Source: an uncultured Candidatus Saccharibacteria bacterium (GTDB taxonomy: Bacteria; Patescibacteriota; Doudnabacteria; UBA920). From it: a stretch of DNA of 64,000 nt. Location: positions 6,358-70,357 of the forward strand of contig CAZACP010000001.1 of assembly GCA_964483665.1 (NCBI GenBank), written 5' to 3'. The notes under the pieces are model-generated. The model was not told the DNA's origin. It saw nothing but the letters and a program-made list of their open reading frames with translations, and made no database searches. Each line of letters begins with the position of its first letter. Within the stretch, counting starts at the first letter, position 1. A program made the position numbers and the translations under genes. Positions 48,900 through 58,209 of the stretch are shown one piece after another.

Positions 48900-50219
48900 T
48901 TATATTATAGCTTTTTCGAGCATTTCTTTCAAATCATTTTGTACAATTTTGGCCAAAGTTTCTCTTTCGGGATGTACTTGTGAATTGAGTTCTTGGATAC
49001 TCGCCCATTTAAAACCTATAAACTCTTTTTGATCCATTTGAATTTCAGTGTCTGAACCTAAAAATTTTAAATAAACTATGGTTTGTTTTTGCCCGCAGTT
49101 TTTATGGTTTCTGTTTTTAAACAGTTTGCGAAGCGCGTTGTTCCAATAATAGATGTTTGTTTTGTCGGAAATTTTAATTAGGTCTAAATTTTTTATACCT
49201 GTTTCTTCAAAAGCTTCCCGCTTGGCCGCGGCAGTTGTCTCCTCTCCTTTGTCTATACCGCCTTGTGGCAACTGCCAGTAGTTTTTTTGTTTAAGTCTTT
49301 CTTCGGAATTAATCAGATCTATATAAAAATCTTTGGGGCTTCTTTCGCCGATTAAAACTTTATTTTCTTTATTTAAAATTACCACAGCCACGTTTTGCCT
49401 AAGCGGGTAGCTGTTAAAAATTTTATACCTCATTAGCATGGCTATAAGCCCAAAAGTCGCGTTAAAAATGCGCCTTAGCCTATATGGCTGGGTTATTAGC
49501 CTAAATAGCCATTCTAAACCCATTTTACGCACAAATTTGGGCGGATTTAGGCGCTTTTTGGCAATATAGTCAAAAGTACCGCCCAGGCCAATTGCCAATT
49601 TTACGGGCAAATTTTTAAGGTTGGCCTGTATCCAGGCCTCCTGTTTAATTGGCCCGTAGGCTACAAATAATATGTCAGGTGAAGCTTTTTTTATGTCTTC
49701 GTATATGGTAGGATCTTCCGGATTCTTACCCGAGAAACCGGCAATACGGAGGCCGGGATATTTTGTTATTAAAATATTCGAAACTAGTTTTGGAGTATTT
49801 CCAAAACCGCCTAAAAGGTAAATTGAAAAATTATTTTCTTCAGCCATTTTGGCAATATCCCAAATCAGCTCTGAACCCGGAATGGTTTCAAAATCCCTTT
49901 TTTTAAATAAAAGTTTTAATAGAGTTAGCTTTATTTGCCAAAGGCTTTGTAAAATTTTTCCCAAATACGATTTTGCGGTAAGCGGCAAATTTAAAAATTT
50001 ATGCGCCCAAAAAATTCCTATGCCGTCTGGCACGGCAATATCCGCCTGGTTTAGCATTGTCATAACCCTAGGGTCCTTTAGGGCCGCATACAAAAATTCC
50101 GAGTAAACAGTGGTTACCCAGGTTTGTTGATTTAAAGCTATACGATTTTTTAACTTATCGATAAGTTCTGATTTGGGCAGAGTATCGATTTTAAGTCCCG
50201 CAACGTCTATTTTATGCAT
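48900..50219 (-). CDS. WecB/TagA glycosyltransferase fused to an RppH-like Nudix hydrolase
   Basis: PDGIG, G.IKQE.W, GLGGTFD, GLEWLFRL; then WQLPQGGIDKGE..AAKREAFEETG. Confidence 0.85.
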   Translation of the reverse strand: MHKIDVAGLKIDTLPKSELIDKLKNRIALNQQTWVTTVYSEFLYAALKDPRVMTMLNQADIAVPDGIGIFWAHKFLNLPLTAKSYLGKILQSLWQIKLTLLKLLFKKRDFETIPGSELIWDIAKMAEENNFSIYLLGGFGNTPKLVSNILITKYPGLRIAGFSGKNPEDPTIYEDIKKASPDILFVAYGPIKQEAWIQANLKNLPVKLAIGLGGTFDYIAKKRLNPPKFVRKMGLEWLFRLITQPYRLRRIFNATFGLIAMLMRYKIFNSYPLRQNVAVVILNKENKVLIGERSPKDFYIDLINSEERLKQKNYWQLPQGGIDKGEETTAAAKREAFEETGIKNLDLIKISDKTNIYYWNNALRKLFKNRNHKNCGQKQTIVYLKFLGSDTEIQMDQKEFIGFKWASIQELNSQVHPERETLAKIVQNDLKEMLEKAII

Positions 50220-50353
50220 AAGAAAATTATACCTATTTACCATTGACTTTTCAATACAAATAAGGTATATTTAGGTGTTTTCTGTCTGAAGCTTGCTTTA
50301 GGTAAAAAACCGTACGATGAATTTCGTTACGAACCTATGTTGGAGGAAAAACT

Positions 50354-50737
50354 GTGACTTCAAAAAGAGTTCTAACAGCTCTTGAGTCTCAACAGGTTAG
50401 TGCAATGGCTCAAGCTATTGTTACTATTCGTTCAATCAACTTCAGCTTACTACTACAAGTAGGAACTGAATTTGACCTCATGCTTGCATCGCTGTATCCT
50501 TTTGGTATCTTGGGGGTTATGGCTGTGATGCAAAGCTCGATGTCGGGTGAAAGTCGTAAGGCTTTTTACGTGCACCTGATGTCCGGACTGCCGTATTACT
50601 ATACCAGTTTTGGCGACATCGTAAGGTGCGTATTCGGTGGAGACGAAATAGCGGCAAGGCAGGCCTTGGCAATAGGTCAGGAAATTCTGGAACTTGCCCC
50701 ACAGCATTTTCCGGAATTACGTAGGATTGGGTTGTAG
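50354..50737 (+). CDS. orphan hypothetical protein
   Basis: TTGACT-17-TATATT promoter (50243-50271), GGAGG SD, GTG start. Confidence 0.55.
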   Translation: MTSKRVLTALESQQVSAMAQAIVTIRSINFSLLLQVGTEFDLMLASLYPFGILGVMAVMQSSMSGESRKAFYVHLMSGLPYYYTSFGDIVRCVFGGDEIAARQALAIGQEILELAPQHFPELRRIGL

Positions 50738-50898
50738 TAATAGAATAAGATCCTGTTTTAGATTTATGTCCGGTATAAAATATAATAAAATTATTAGGTA
50801 AAAATATAAAACCGCTACGGGACCAGCGGTAAGCAAGTTAAGGTCCTTTTAAATTTGCCAAATTATTCAAAAGTGCTAAAATCAGCTATAATATTTGT

Positions 50899-51177
50899 AT
50901 GGAAAGTTTAGGAAATATTGCTAAATTTAGCAAAAAAACATCTGCGAAAGTAAAACCAAATAGTCACCTCCACTCCCCCGCCCACTTGCTCGCAGACGAA
51001 CTGTGCCAGAAATTTAACGACAAAAAGCATTTTGCTTTTTATTTAAAAATGGCCGTACTTTACGACCATAATTATTTAAGAAACCTCGCGGGGCAAATTT
51101 TGGAAAGCAAGACTGTTCAAACCCCGGGCAAACTTTTTGCTTATTTGATTAAGAAAAACAACTTGGAAATGAAATAA
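50899..51177 (+). CDS. hypothetical helical protein
   Basis: TATAAT 6 nt before the ATG; PGKLFAYLIK tail. Confidence 0.7.
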   Translation: MESLGNIAKFSKKTSAKVKPNSHLHSPAHLLADELCQKFNDKKHFAFYLKMAVLYDHNYLRNLAGQILESKTVQTPGKLFAYLIKKNNLEMK

Positions 51178-51180
51178 TTT

Positions 51181-51339
51181 ATGGAAAAACAGGGTAATAA
51201 AGAATCTGAAAACCGAGAGACGAAAGGGCATAATTATGAATCTGACATGGATTTTGCCGATCCGTTTGAAGAAGAATTTTCGGCTCCTTCTGACCCATTC
51301 AGCCCACCTGATCTAGAAATTAAAGGAAAAAAAGAGTAA
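51181..51339 (+). CDS. small acidic protein (52 aa, not in the ORF track)
   Basis: MEKQGNKESENRETKGHNYESDMDFADPFEEEF...; starts 3 nt after the previous stop. Confidence 0.45.
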   Translation: MEKQGNKESENRETKGHNYESDMDFADPFEEEFSAPSDPFSPPDLEIKGKKE

Positions 51340-51401
51340 CTGCAGTCGGTAGTATGTTGCATGTTAACGCAAAATTTTACTACTTACTACTTACTACTAC
51401 C

Positions 51402-51887
51402 ATGATTTTGCCAATAAAAAAACACCCGGATCCAGTGCTTAGGGCTAAAACAGAGCCAGTGGTTTTTCCTTTGTCTCCACAAATAGAGAAATTAACCAAA
51501 GATATGTTTGACACAGTAAAGGCCGCAGACGGTATCGGGCTTGCCGCGCCGCAGGTCGGCAAGAGTGTAAAATTAATTGTCATAAACTTGGAAAAATCCG
51601 GCGTTCCTTTGTTCGCGCTTTACAACCCGCGCATTAAGTCAAAAGGATTTAGAAAAGTGGAAATAGAAGAAGGCTGTCTTTCTTTGCCGGGAATTTACGG
51701 TATGGTTAAGCGGCCAAAAAAAGTTATTATAGAAGCCCAAAACCACAAGGGAGAAAAAATTCTAATTCGCGACGACGGCTGGGTTTCCAGGGTTGCCCAG
51801 CATGAAATAGACCACATAAACGGAATTTTAATAATAGACCTTATAAAGAAATACACAAAGGGAGAAAATTTACTAAATACGAATTAA
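51402..51887 (+). CDS. def: peptide deformylase
   Basis: GIGLAAPQVG, EGCLS, QHEIDH. Confidence 0.97.
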   Translation: MILPIKKHPDPVLRAKTEPVVFPLSPQIEKLTKDMFDTVKAADGIGLAAPQVGKSVKLIVINLEKSGVPLFALYNPRIKSKGFRKVEIEEGCLSLPGIYGMVKRPKKVIIEAQNHKGEKILIRDDGWVSRVAQHEIDHINGILIIDLIKKYTKGENLLNTN

Positions 51888-51950
51888 TACGAATATACTA
51901 ATTTTGTTCCCATTCGTATATTAGTAAGTATTAGTATTTTGGTAAAAAAT

Positions 51951-52490
51951 ATGAAGTTTATAAAAGACCTTTTATTTTTCGAAATTAGCACTACCGGGCC
52001 GGATTTAGACAAAGACAACATTATTCAGCTTTCCGCCGTGCTTATAGACAAAGACAACCTTTTGGAAAAGGATTTTTTTAATTCCTATATCCGCATAAGC
52101 TATTTAGACAGTTTGCTTTTGGCGCATTCAAAGTTGCTAAATATAGACTATGAAAAAATGAAGAAAAGCCCAAAGCCACCCGAGGCTTTAAAGGCTTTTC
52201 ACAACAAGTTTAACCCGGCTTTAATTTTACTGGCCACCCAGAGCACCAGCAATATTTTGTTTTTAAAATCGGCTTTTAGAAAAGTCCTTTTGCCTTTTGA
52301 CTACAACCAGCACTCCTTAGACCTGTGGACTTTGGGCTACGTTTACACTTTAAATTACGGTCTTAAAAAAATGCCTTCTTTACATACTTTTGTCGAGTAT
52401 TTTAAACTTAAGCAGCACTACCCTTACGACGCGCTTGAAAAAGCCCGTCTTGAGGCGGAAATTTTTAGAAAAATAATTAAAGAAGTGTAA
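51951..52490 (+). CDS. DEDDh exonuclease paralog, apparently catalytically degenerate
   Basis: FEISTTG in place of DxETTG; YDALEKA in place of HDALxD. Confidence 0.75.
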   Translation: MKFIKDLLFFEISTTGPDLDKDNIIQLSAVLIDKDNLLEKDFFNSYIRISYLDSLLLAHSKLLNIDYEKMKKSPKPPEALKAFHNKFNPALILLATQSTSNILFLKSAFRKVLLPFDYNQHSLDLWTLGYVYTLNYGLKKMPSLHTFVEYFKLKQHYPYDALEKARLEAEIFRKIIKEV

Positions 52491-52586
52491 CCCATTCGAA
52501 CCTGCGAATTAATCCGAATAATCCTTATACTTATGTATTTAGACTTCGGGTCATTCGGATGTTGTTCGGATATTAGGAGCGCTACT

Positions 52587-53141
52587 ATGAATTTTCACAA
52601 AGATTTATTACTCATTGATCTAGAAACCACCGGACTTGATGCGTCTCGTCAGGAAATTATTCAGTTGTCCGCTATACTGCTGGACAAGAAAACTTTAAAG
52701 GAAAAAAGTTTTTTTAATGCTTATGCAAAACCTGTTAAATGGGCGCAAAGAAACAAAGAGTCTATGAGAATAAACGGCATAAAAAAGGAATGGCTTAACG
52801 CCGCTCCGTCGCTTAGCAGCGTTTTAAAGGAATTTAACAAAAAGTTTAATGCCTCAGAAGTTATTTTGAGTTACTATGGCGGGCCGGTGGATATGGATTT
52901 TTTGCGCGCCGCATACTATAAGCACAAAATAAAATGGCAGTTCGATTACCATTATTTTAACCTTTGGGCGTATTTTTACGCGGTACTGGCTGGAAAAAAT
53001 CAACTTAAAAACAAAAAAAAGTTTACCGGTTTTAGTTTGGAAGATTTAATGAAGAAATTTAAAATAAAGTCCCAAAGCCGGCATGACGGCTTAGAGGATT
53101 GTCGGATTGAGGCGGAGGTTTTGAGAAAATTAATAAAATAA
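52587..53141 (+). CDS. DEDDh 3'-5' exonuclease (DnaQ-like)
   Basis: DLETTG, D..FL, HDGLED. Confidence 0.88.
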   Translation: MNFHKDLLLIDLETTGLDASRQEIIQLSAILLDKKTLKEKSFFNAYAKPVKWAQRNKESMRINGIKKEWLNAAPSLSSVLKEFNKKFNASEVILSYYGGPVDMDFLRAAYYKHKIKWQFDYHYFNLWAYFYAVLAGKNQLKNKKKFTGFSLEDLMKKFKIKSQSRHDGLEDCRIEAEVLRKLIK

Positions 53142-53251
53142 TTTTGTCTACTTGTATTTTTTATTTCTGTAGATATTTGGATAAAAAAATATTCGGGATC
53201 CAGAAGCCTAGGGGTTTAGGCTGTCGGATCCCGAAATTAGCATGGTCGAGC

Positions 53252-53587
53252 TTATTTTAAGTCTTTCCCGAACAGCCACTCGACTGGCAGTGTCCAATCT
53301 TGCGGCCTATCATCTTCTGGAACCGCCCCTTCTTCCGGCTGGAATTGTCCAACAGTGAATCCCAGACCTTTCGTGTATTCCTCGATAGCGTTTGCCTCCT
53401 CTGGTGTCAGAGCTTCCAACTCTACATTTGCGTGCATATACCCTAGGGCTGCTGCTTCGCGAAGTTGGGGGCGGACCACGGTTCGGTAATACTTGCTTGG
53501 ATTTTTGCTGAACGCTTCTTCTCTAGCTTTCAATGATTTGTATCCGCGCAAGCTGAGTCCGCGTATACTTCTCAGCTGATTTGTCAT
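53252..53587 (-). CDS. orphan hypothetical protein
   Basis: AAGGAG SD, TTGACA upstream, terminator-like hairpin at 53192-53235. Confidence 0.55.
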   Translation of the reverse strand: MTNQLRSIRGLSLRGYKSLKAREEAFSKNPSKYYRTVVRPQLREAAALGYMHANVELEALTPEEANAIEEYTKGLGFTVGQFQPEEGAVPEDDRPQDWTLPVEWLFGKDLK

Positions 53588-53729
53588 CACTCACTCCTTT
53601 ATTTCGGACTAAAGAAAAATATCAGAGAGAGTTTTGTCAATAATCTACGGAATATGTATACTGCACTACAGATGTCTATAGAGTTTTTGTAGGTATCTGT
53701 AGATTCGTATAATTTGTAGTTTTGTAGAT

Positions 53730-54662
53730 ATGAAAATTGTATTTTTTGGAACATCTAACGTGGCTTTGCCAATTTTAGAAGCGCTGTCTAAGCAGCACGA
53801 AATTTTGGCAGTGGTTACCAGACCCGACGTTAAAGTAGGGAGAAAACAGGAAATACAGGATTCGCCTGTCAGTGTTTTGGCTACGGAAATGAAGTTAAAA
53901 ATTTTAAAACCGCAAAAGGTTAAGGGCAATAAAGAGTTTTACGAAGAACTTAAAAATTTTGGCGCAGATATTTTTGTGGTAGTTTCTTACGGCCAAATTA
54001 TGCCGTCGGAAATTATTAATATGCCAAAATATAAAACCATTAACGTGCATTTTTCGGTTTTGCCAAAATATAGAGGCCCCTCCCCTATTCAGTTTGCATT
54101 GCTTAACGGTGAATCATATACCGGCACATCGGTTTTTATTTTAGACGAAAAAGTTGACCACGGCCCCTTGCTTGCGACCGAACAAATACAAATAGACGCG
54201 GACGATAATTTTTTAACTCTTTCTCAAAAGTTGGCTTATAAGTCAGCTGCTGTAATTAACGAAGTCATTGCTAATTACGTTTTAGGTAAAATTACTCCCC
54301 TGCCCCAAAACGAAGCACTTGCCACTTACACCAAAATAATTACCAAAGCCGACGGCAAGGTAGACTGGAGCAAAACCGCTGGGGAAATTTATAACCAGTT
54401 TCGAGCTTTTTACCCTTGGCCAGGGCTTTGGACTACCTGGCAGGGAAAAATTTTAAAAATTACAGATGTATCAGTAATTCCCAATGTTGTCGAATCCCCT
54501 CTTATACAAAAAGGCGGCGGTGTCTTAGAAAATGGCGTAGTCGTTTGCGCGAAAAATACTTTTTTACAAATAAAAACCCTCCAAATGGAGGGTAAAAAGG
54601 AAATGACAGTTTCAGATTTTGTTAATGGTAACAGAAATTTTCTTGGTTCACTACTCGGTTAG
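53730..54662 (+). CDS. fmt: methionyl-tRNA formyltransferase
   Basis: MKIVFFGT, INVHFSVLPKYRGPSPI, DHGP, PWPG. Confidence 0.96.
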   Translation: MKIVFFGTSNVALPILEALSKQHEILAVVTRPDVKVGRKQEIQDSPVSVLATEMKLKILKPQKVKGNKEFYEELKNFGADIFVVVSYGQIMPSEIINMPKYKTINVHFSVLPKYRGPSPIQFALLNGESYTGTSVFILDEKVDHGPLLATEQIQIDADDNFLTLSQKLAYKSAAVINEVIANYVLGKITPLPQNEALATYTKIITKADGKVDWSKTAGEIYNQFRAFYPWPGLWTTWQGKILKITDVSVIPNVVESPLIQKGGGVLENGVVVCAKNTFLQIKTLQMEGKKEMTVSDFVNGNRNFLGSLLG

Positions 54663-54860
54663 ATTCTCCAATTTTTGTCCATGAGATAGTAAAAAAAGAT
54701 TTATTTCCGCTAAAGCAGCATTTTGTTGGTTTTCGGTTAATTCCATTACAGCATGGTTAATTTCTGAGCGTGTGATTGTTTTTTGTTCTTCGTATTTTCG
54801 TTTAATTAGGTTGACTGCGTGGCTTATAGAGTCAAAATTTTGTTCTGTTTCATTTTTCAT
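54651..54860 (-). CDS. small hypothetical protein
   Basis: Starts 5 nt after the mltG stop. Confidence 0.5.
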   Translation of the reverse strand: MKNETEQNFDSISHAVNLIKRKYEEQKTITRSEINHAVMELTENQQNAALAEINLFLLSHGQKLENLTE

Positions 54861-54865
54861 ATAAT

Positions 54866-55717
54866 TTATTTTAAATATTTAAACTTATTTTGTACGTGTT
54901 CTTCGTGGGTTTTGGCATAGTATGGCTGGCCGGTTTTTTGGTCGTGTAAATAATATAAATATTCGGTATCCGCCGGGTTTAAAACCGCTTCTATAGATTT
55001 TACAGAAGGGTTGGAAATTGGGGTTGGGGGCAGGCCTTTGTGCTTATAAGTATTATAGGGTGAATTAACTTCCAAATCAACCAAACTTGGGCTGGCTTCG
55101 CTCTTGCCTGTCGCGTAATTCACTGTGGCGTCGCTCTGAAGCGGCATACCGATTTTAAGTCGGTTTAAAAAAATGCCGGCAATTGTTGCTTTTTCGTTCG
55201 GAAAATTATTGGCTTCTTTTTCCACAATTGAAGCAAGAATAATTGCTTCATAAAGACTTAGCTTGTGTTGTTGTGCCAAATTTTCCGCGTCTTTGGGAAG
55301 CTTGTTTTCGAAATTTTGAAGCATTTTTTTAATTACTACCTCGCTGGCTTCCTTAGGAGTTGTTAGTGTGCGGTCGGTAATGCTTTTAAAGAAACGGTAA
55401 GTATCCGGGTACAAAAAGCCCTGCAAATTTCCGTTCGCTTGCGCCGGTAAAAATTTAAAGTTAGAAATACTAAAATTTTTTATAGCCAATTTAAAGTCTT
55501 CCTTTTTTACAACCCCTTGCTTTTCCAAATAATCGGCAATTTCGTTATTGTGCCAGCCTTCTAAAATTGTCAGATTTATTTCCTCCGCTTTTTTGTTTTT
55601 TGCCTCTTGGTATTGCTTTTGCCTTAACTTCCTGGCTTGTAGTTTTGAAACAACGTAAAAACTGCCGAAAAAACCAACAGCAGTAATTAATAAAAAAATT
55701 AGAAACTTTTTTGACAT
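54866..55717 (-). CDS. mltG: endolytic transglycosylase MltG
   Basis: GFLYPDTY, ASIVEKE, NRL..GMPLQSD, SPYNTY..GLPPTPI.NP. Confidence 0.95.
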   Translation of the reverse strand: MSKKFLIFLLITAVGFFGSFYVVSKLQARKLRQKQYQEAKNKKAEEINLTILEGWHNNEIADYLEKQGVVKKEDFKLAIKNFSISNFKFLPAQANGNLQGFLYPDTYRFFKSITDRTLTTPKEASEVVIKKMLQNFENKLPKDAENLAQQHKLSLYEAIILASIVEKEANNFPNEKATIAGIFLNRLKIGMPLQSDATVNYATGKSEASPSLVDLEVNSPYNTYKHKGLPPTPISNPSVKSIEAVLNPADTEYLYYLHDQKTGQPYYAKTHEEHVQNKFKYLK

Positions 55718-55883
55718 CTTTAAAATCTGGTTTTTATACCAGTTGATTATACCATATTACTTTCGCAGATACACAGATGAAGAAAATAGCACAGATTAGT
55801 ACCTATTACTGCTGCTCAAGAATTGTAGCCCCCTATTTATAAAGACATACGTGTAATCTGTGTTAAATTTGTGTATCTGCGAT

Positions 55884-56567
55884 CTACATTTTTTTAGTTA
55901 AGCCGTTTTCAACCTCATCGAGAATCTTTTTAGCGTGTTCTTTGCCGCCAAGACCAAAGGCAATGCCGCCGGCAATGGCTATCATGGCTACAATAGCTCT
56001 AAATAAGTCTATTAAGAAGTCCGTGGCAATTTGGAGTTGGGAAAGCGAAGCAATAAGCGCAAAAATTACAATTGCCCATTTGGTAATGCTGGCCAGCGCA
56101 GAAGCTGAAGCGTTAAGCCCGCTGGCTTTAACCGAAGATCCGACAATTCCTGAGAAAAAGTTTGCAGCTAAAATTCCCAAAAGCAAAATTGCCATGGCTA
56201 TTATGACCTGGCCGCCGTAAGCGAGCACGCTGTCGTAAAAGAAGCGACTTACTTCATTAAGTCCTAAAATTTCAGCGGTTGCAATAAAGCTGCCTAAGAA
56301 AAAGAACCACTTTATTATCCAGGCGCCTAAAGCGGAAAGGCTGAGTTTTTTTCCAACCTTCTCACCTAAAGAAGCAAGTCCTAGCGAATTGGCAAGCTGG
56401 TCTATTTTTATCGCGTTTAAGATTTTTTCAACAAAGTTAGAAAGCAGGCTGCCCAAAAGCCAGCCGAAAATTATTACAATAATCGCCGCAAGTAAATTTG
56501 GTAAAAACCAAAGTACTCTCTCGTAGAGGTCGCCAAGCGATGTTAATACAGTTGATTGATATGTCAT
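55884..56567 (-). CDS. TM-helix repeat (CmpX/MscS-like) membrane protein
   Basis: FLPNLLAA...GW, AFGLGGK. Confidence 0.8.
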   Translation of the reverse strand: MTYQSTVLTSLGDLYERVLWFLPNLLAAIIVIIFGWLLGSLLSNFVEKILNAIKIDQLANSLGLASLGEKVGKKLSLSALGAWIIKWFFFLGSFIATAEILGLNEVSRFFYDSVLAYGGQVIIAMAILLLGILAANFFSGIVGSSVKASGLNASASALASITKWAIVIFALIASLSQLQIATDFLIDLFRAIVAMIAIAGGIAFGLGGKEHAKKILDEVENGLTKKM

Positions 56568-56775
56568 TAGATTCACAGATACACGGATAACACAGATAAC
56601 ACAGATTTTGTGTTAGTGAGATCCGTGAGATTAATTTATTATTTATTATTATCTTTGTTTCGTTAAGGTTTCCGGTATCGACCTTAACCGGGTTGTTTAA
56701 TTTTAGATTTTTGATTACAGATTTTAGATTGTGTTAGAATCTAAAATCCAAAATTTTTAATTTGCGATTATAATT

Positions 56776-57216
56776 TTATTCGCCCACAATTTTTACCCAC
56801 GCTTCCCTGCTTCTACCGCCGTCCAGTTCTACAAAAAAGACGCTTTGTTTAGGACCTAAGAAAAGTTCGCCACGCTGAACTATGACACTTTCCGAGGCAC
56901 CTAAGAAAAAGGCTTTTACATGGGCATGGCCGTTGCTTCGTTCGTTGGGCGCAATATTTTGCCTAACCTCGAATAAGTCGTGGCTGTAGCTGGCATCAAG
57001 CGGAAATAGTTTGTATAAAGTTTTCATAAAGTCCTGCATAAGCAGCGGCTCGTTATGATTTATTTTTATAGTTGCCGTTGTATGGGGGCTAAAAATAGTA
57101 ATTAAGCCTTCCTTTATGCCGCTTTCAACAACCGCAGTTCTAATGTGCGTGGTTATGTCGAGCATCTCGAATTGTTTTTTGGTTTCTAAAAGCAGTTTTT
57201 TTTGATAGATTTTCAT
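56776..57216 (-). CDS. yjbQ: YjbQ/UPF0047 family protein
   Basis: HTTA, Y.HD, NGHAH, FVELDG.R.R. Confidence 0.88.
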   Translation of the reverse strand: MKIYQKKLLLETKKQFEMLDITTHIRTAVVESGIKEGLITIFSPHTTATIKINHNEPLLMQDFMKTLYKLFPLDASYSHDLFEVRQNIAPNERSNGHAHVKAFFLGASESVIVQRGELFLGPKQSVFFVELDGGRSREAWVKIVGE

Positions 57217-57494
57217 AAAGCTACAGAACTATTTGTTATACGAATCTACAGAAAACTACAGAATCGCAAAATTAAAACCTTTTATATTTAAAATGGCGGA
57301 TAATGCTTAAAATTATTTCCCACCCAAATAAATTTTTCTTAGTTTCCAAACTAAAGATTTTCATTTTTGTTTCTACTTTTCTCTAAGCACTATTCGTTAA
57401 TCTCTAAATATATTATACCACAAATTTAAAACCCCCGCAAAAAGCGGGGGTTTTGTTTCTGTGGTATCGGTAAATTTCCGTGGATATCTGTGAA

Positions 57495-57788
57495 TTAAAG
57501 GATAGCGTCTTTTGCGGCTTTTAATACGCGGAATTTAATAACAGTTTTAGCCGGAATTTGAATTGAAGCTCCGGTTGCCGGGTTTCTGCCCATTCTAGCG
57601 TCGCGGTGCTTTTTTAAAAGCTTGCCAAGACCCGGAATGGTGAACTCGCCTTCTTTTTTTGTCGTGGCATAAGCCATGGCAACTAAAGCGTCTATAAATT
57701 CACTAACTTCTTTGCGGGTTTTGCCTAATTTGTCGGCTAAAGCCTGCAGGATTTCTGACTTGGTCATTGTTTGGTTTCCTTTTGCCAT
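57495..57788 (-). CDS. hup: HU family DNA-binding protein
   Basis: MTKSE, GLGK, ARMGRNPATG..I.IPA...KF. Confidence 0.93.
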   Translation of the reverse strand: MAKGNQTMTKSEILQALADKLGKTRKEVSEFIDALVAMAYATTKKEGEFTIPGLGKLLKKHRDARMGRNPATGASIQIPAKTVIKFRVLKAAKDAIL

Positions 57789-57992
57789 CTTTCCCCTTCT
57801 TGACCTTTTTTGGTCTAAGGCAAGATGGCGATTATTGATGACTTATTAATTGATAATTTAATATTAGCAAAAAACCCAATAAAATCAAGGGATTTTTACA
57901 CAGTTGTCAAGGATATGGGCGATATTAAGATATTGGATTTTAGGATATTAAATAATTTGGCTTATTTAAAAGGTAAAAGCGACGAGCCTGGC

Positions 57993-58199
57993 TCATCGCT
58001 TTTTGCGAGATTTTGAAACGCGGCGGACCAGAATCCAATCCCAAAATTTGCATTTGCTAAAAATTATGAGCGCTGCAAGTAGTGCGAATAAATCGCACCG
58101 ACTGCTTTTGGTTATTTGCCAGCGGTCTTTCAGGCCGGCGAAAAAAAATTCCGACAGCGGCAAGTCGTACTGCCTGTACATATCGCGCTTGGAAAGCAT
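57993..58199 (-). CDS. small orphan protein
   Basis: AAGGAG SD directly after the queA stop; terminator hairpin at 57975-58004. Confidence 0.4.
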   Translation of the reverse strand: MLSKRDMYRQYDLPLSEFFFAGLKDRWQITKSSRCDLFALLAALIIFSKCKFWDWILVRRVSKSRKKR

Positions 58200-58209
58200 T
58201 ACCCACTCC

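Noticed and set aside
57270-57364. 30-aa minus-strand ORF MKIFSLETKK... echoing the yjbQ N-terminus
   Set aside because: The similarity is too short and AT-biased, with no sensing-codon run or terminator.
319-57492. Short repeat arrays as CRISPR
   Set aside because: Units are 6-8 nt and degenerate, with no spacers and no cas genes.
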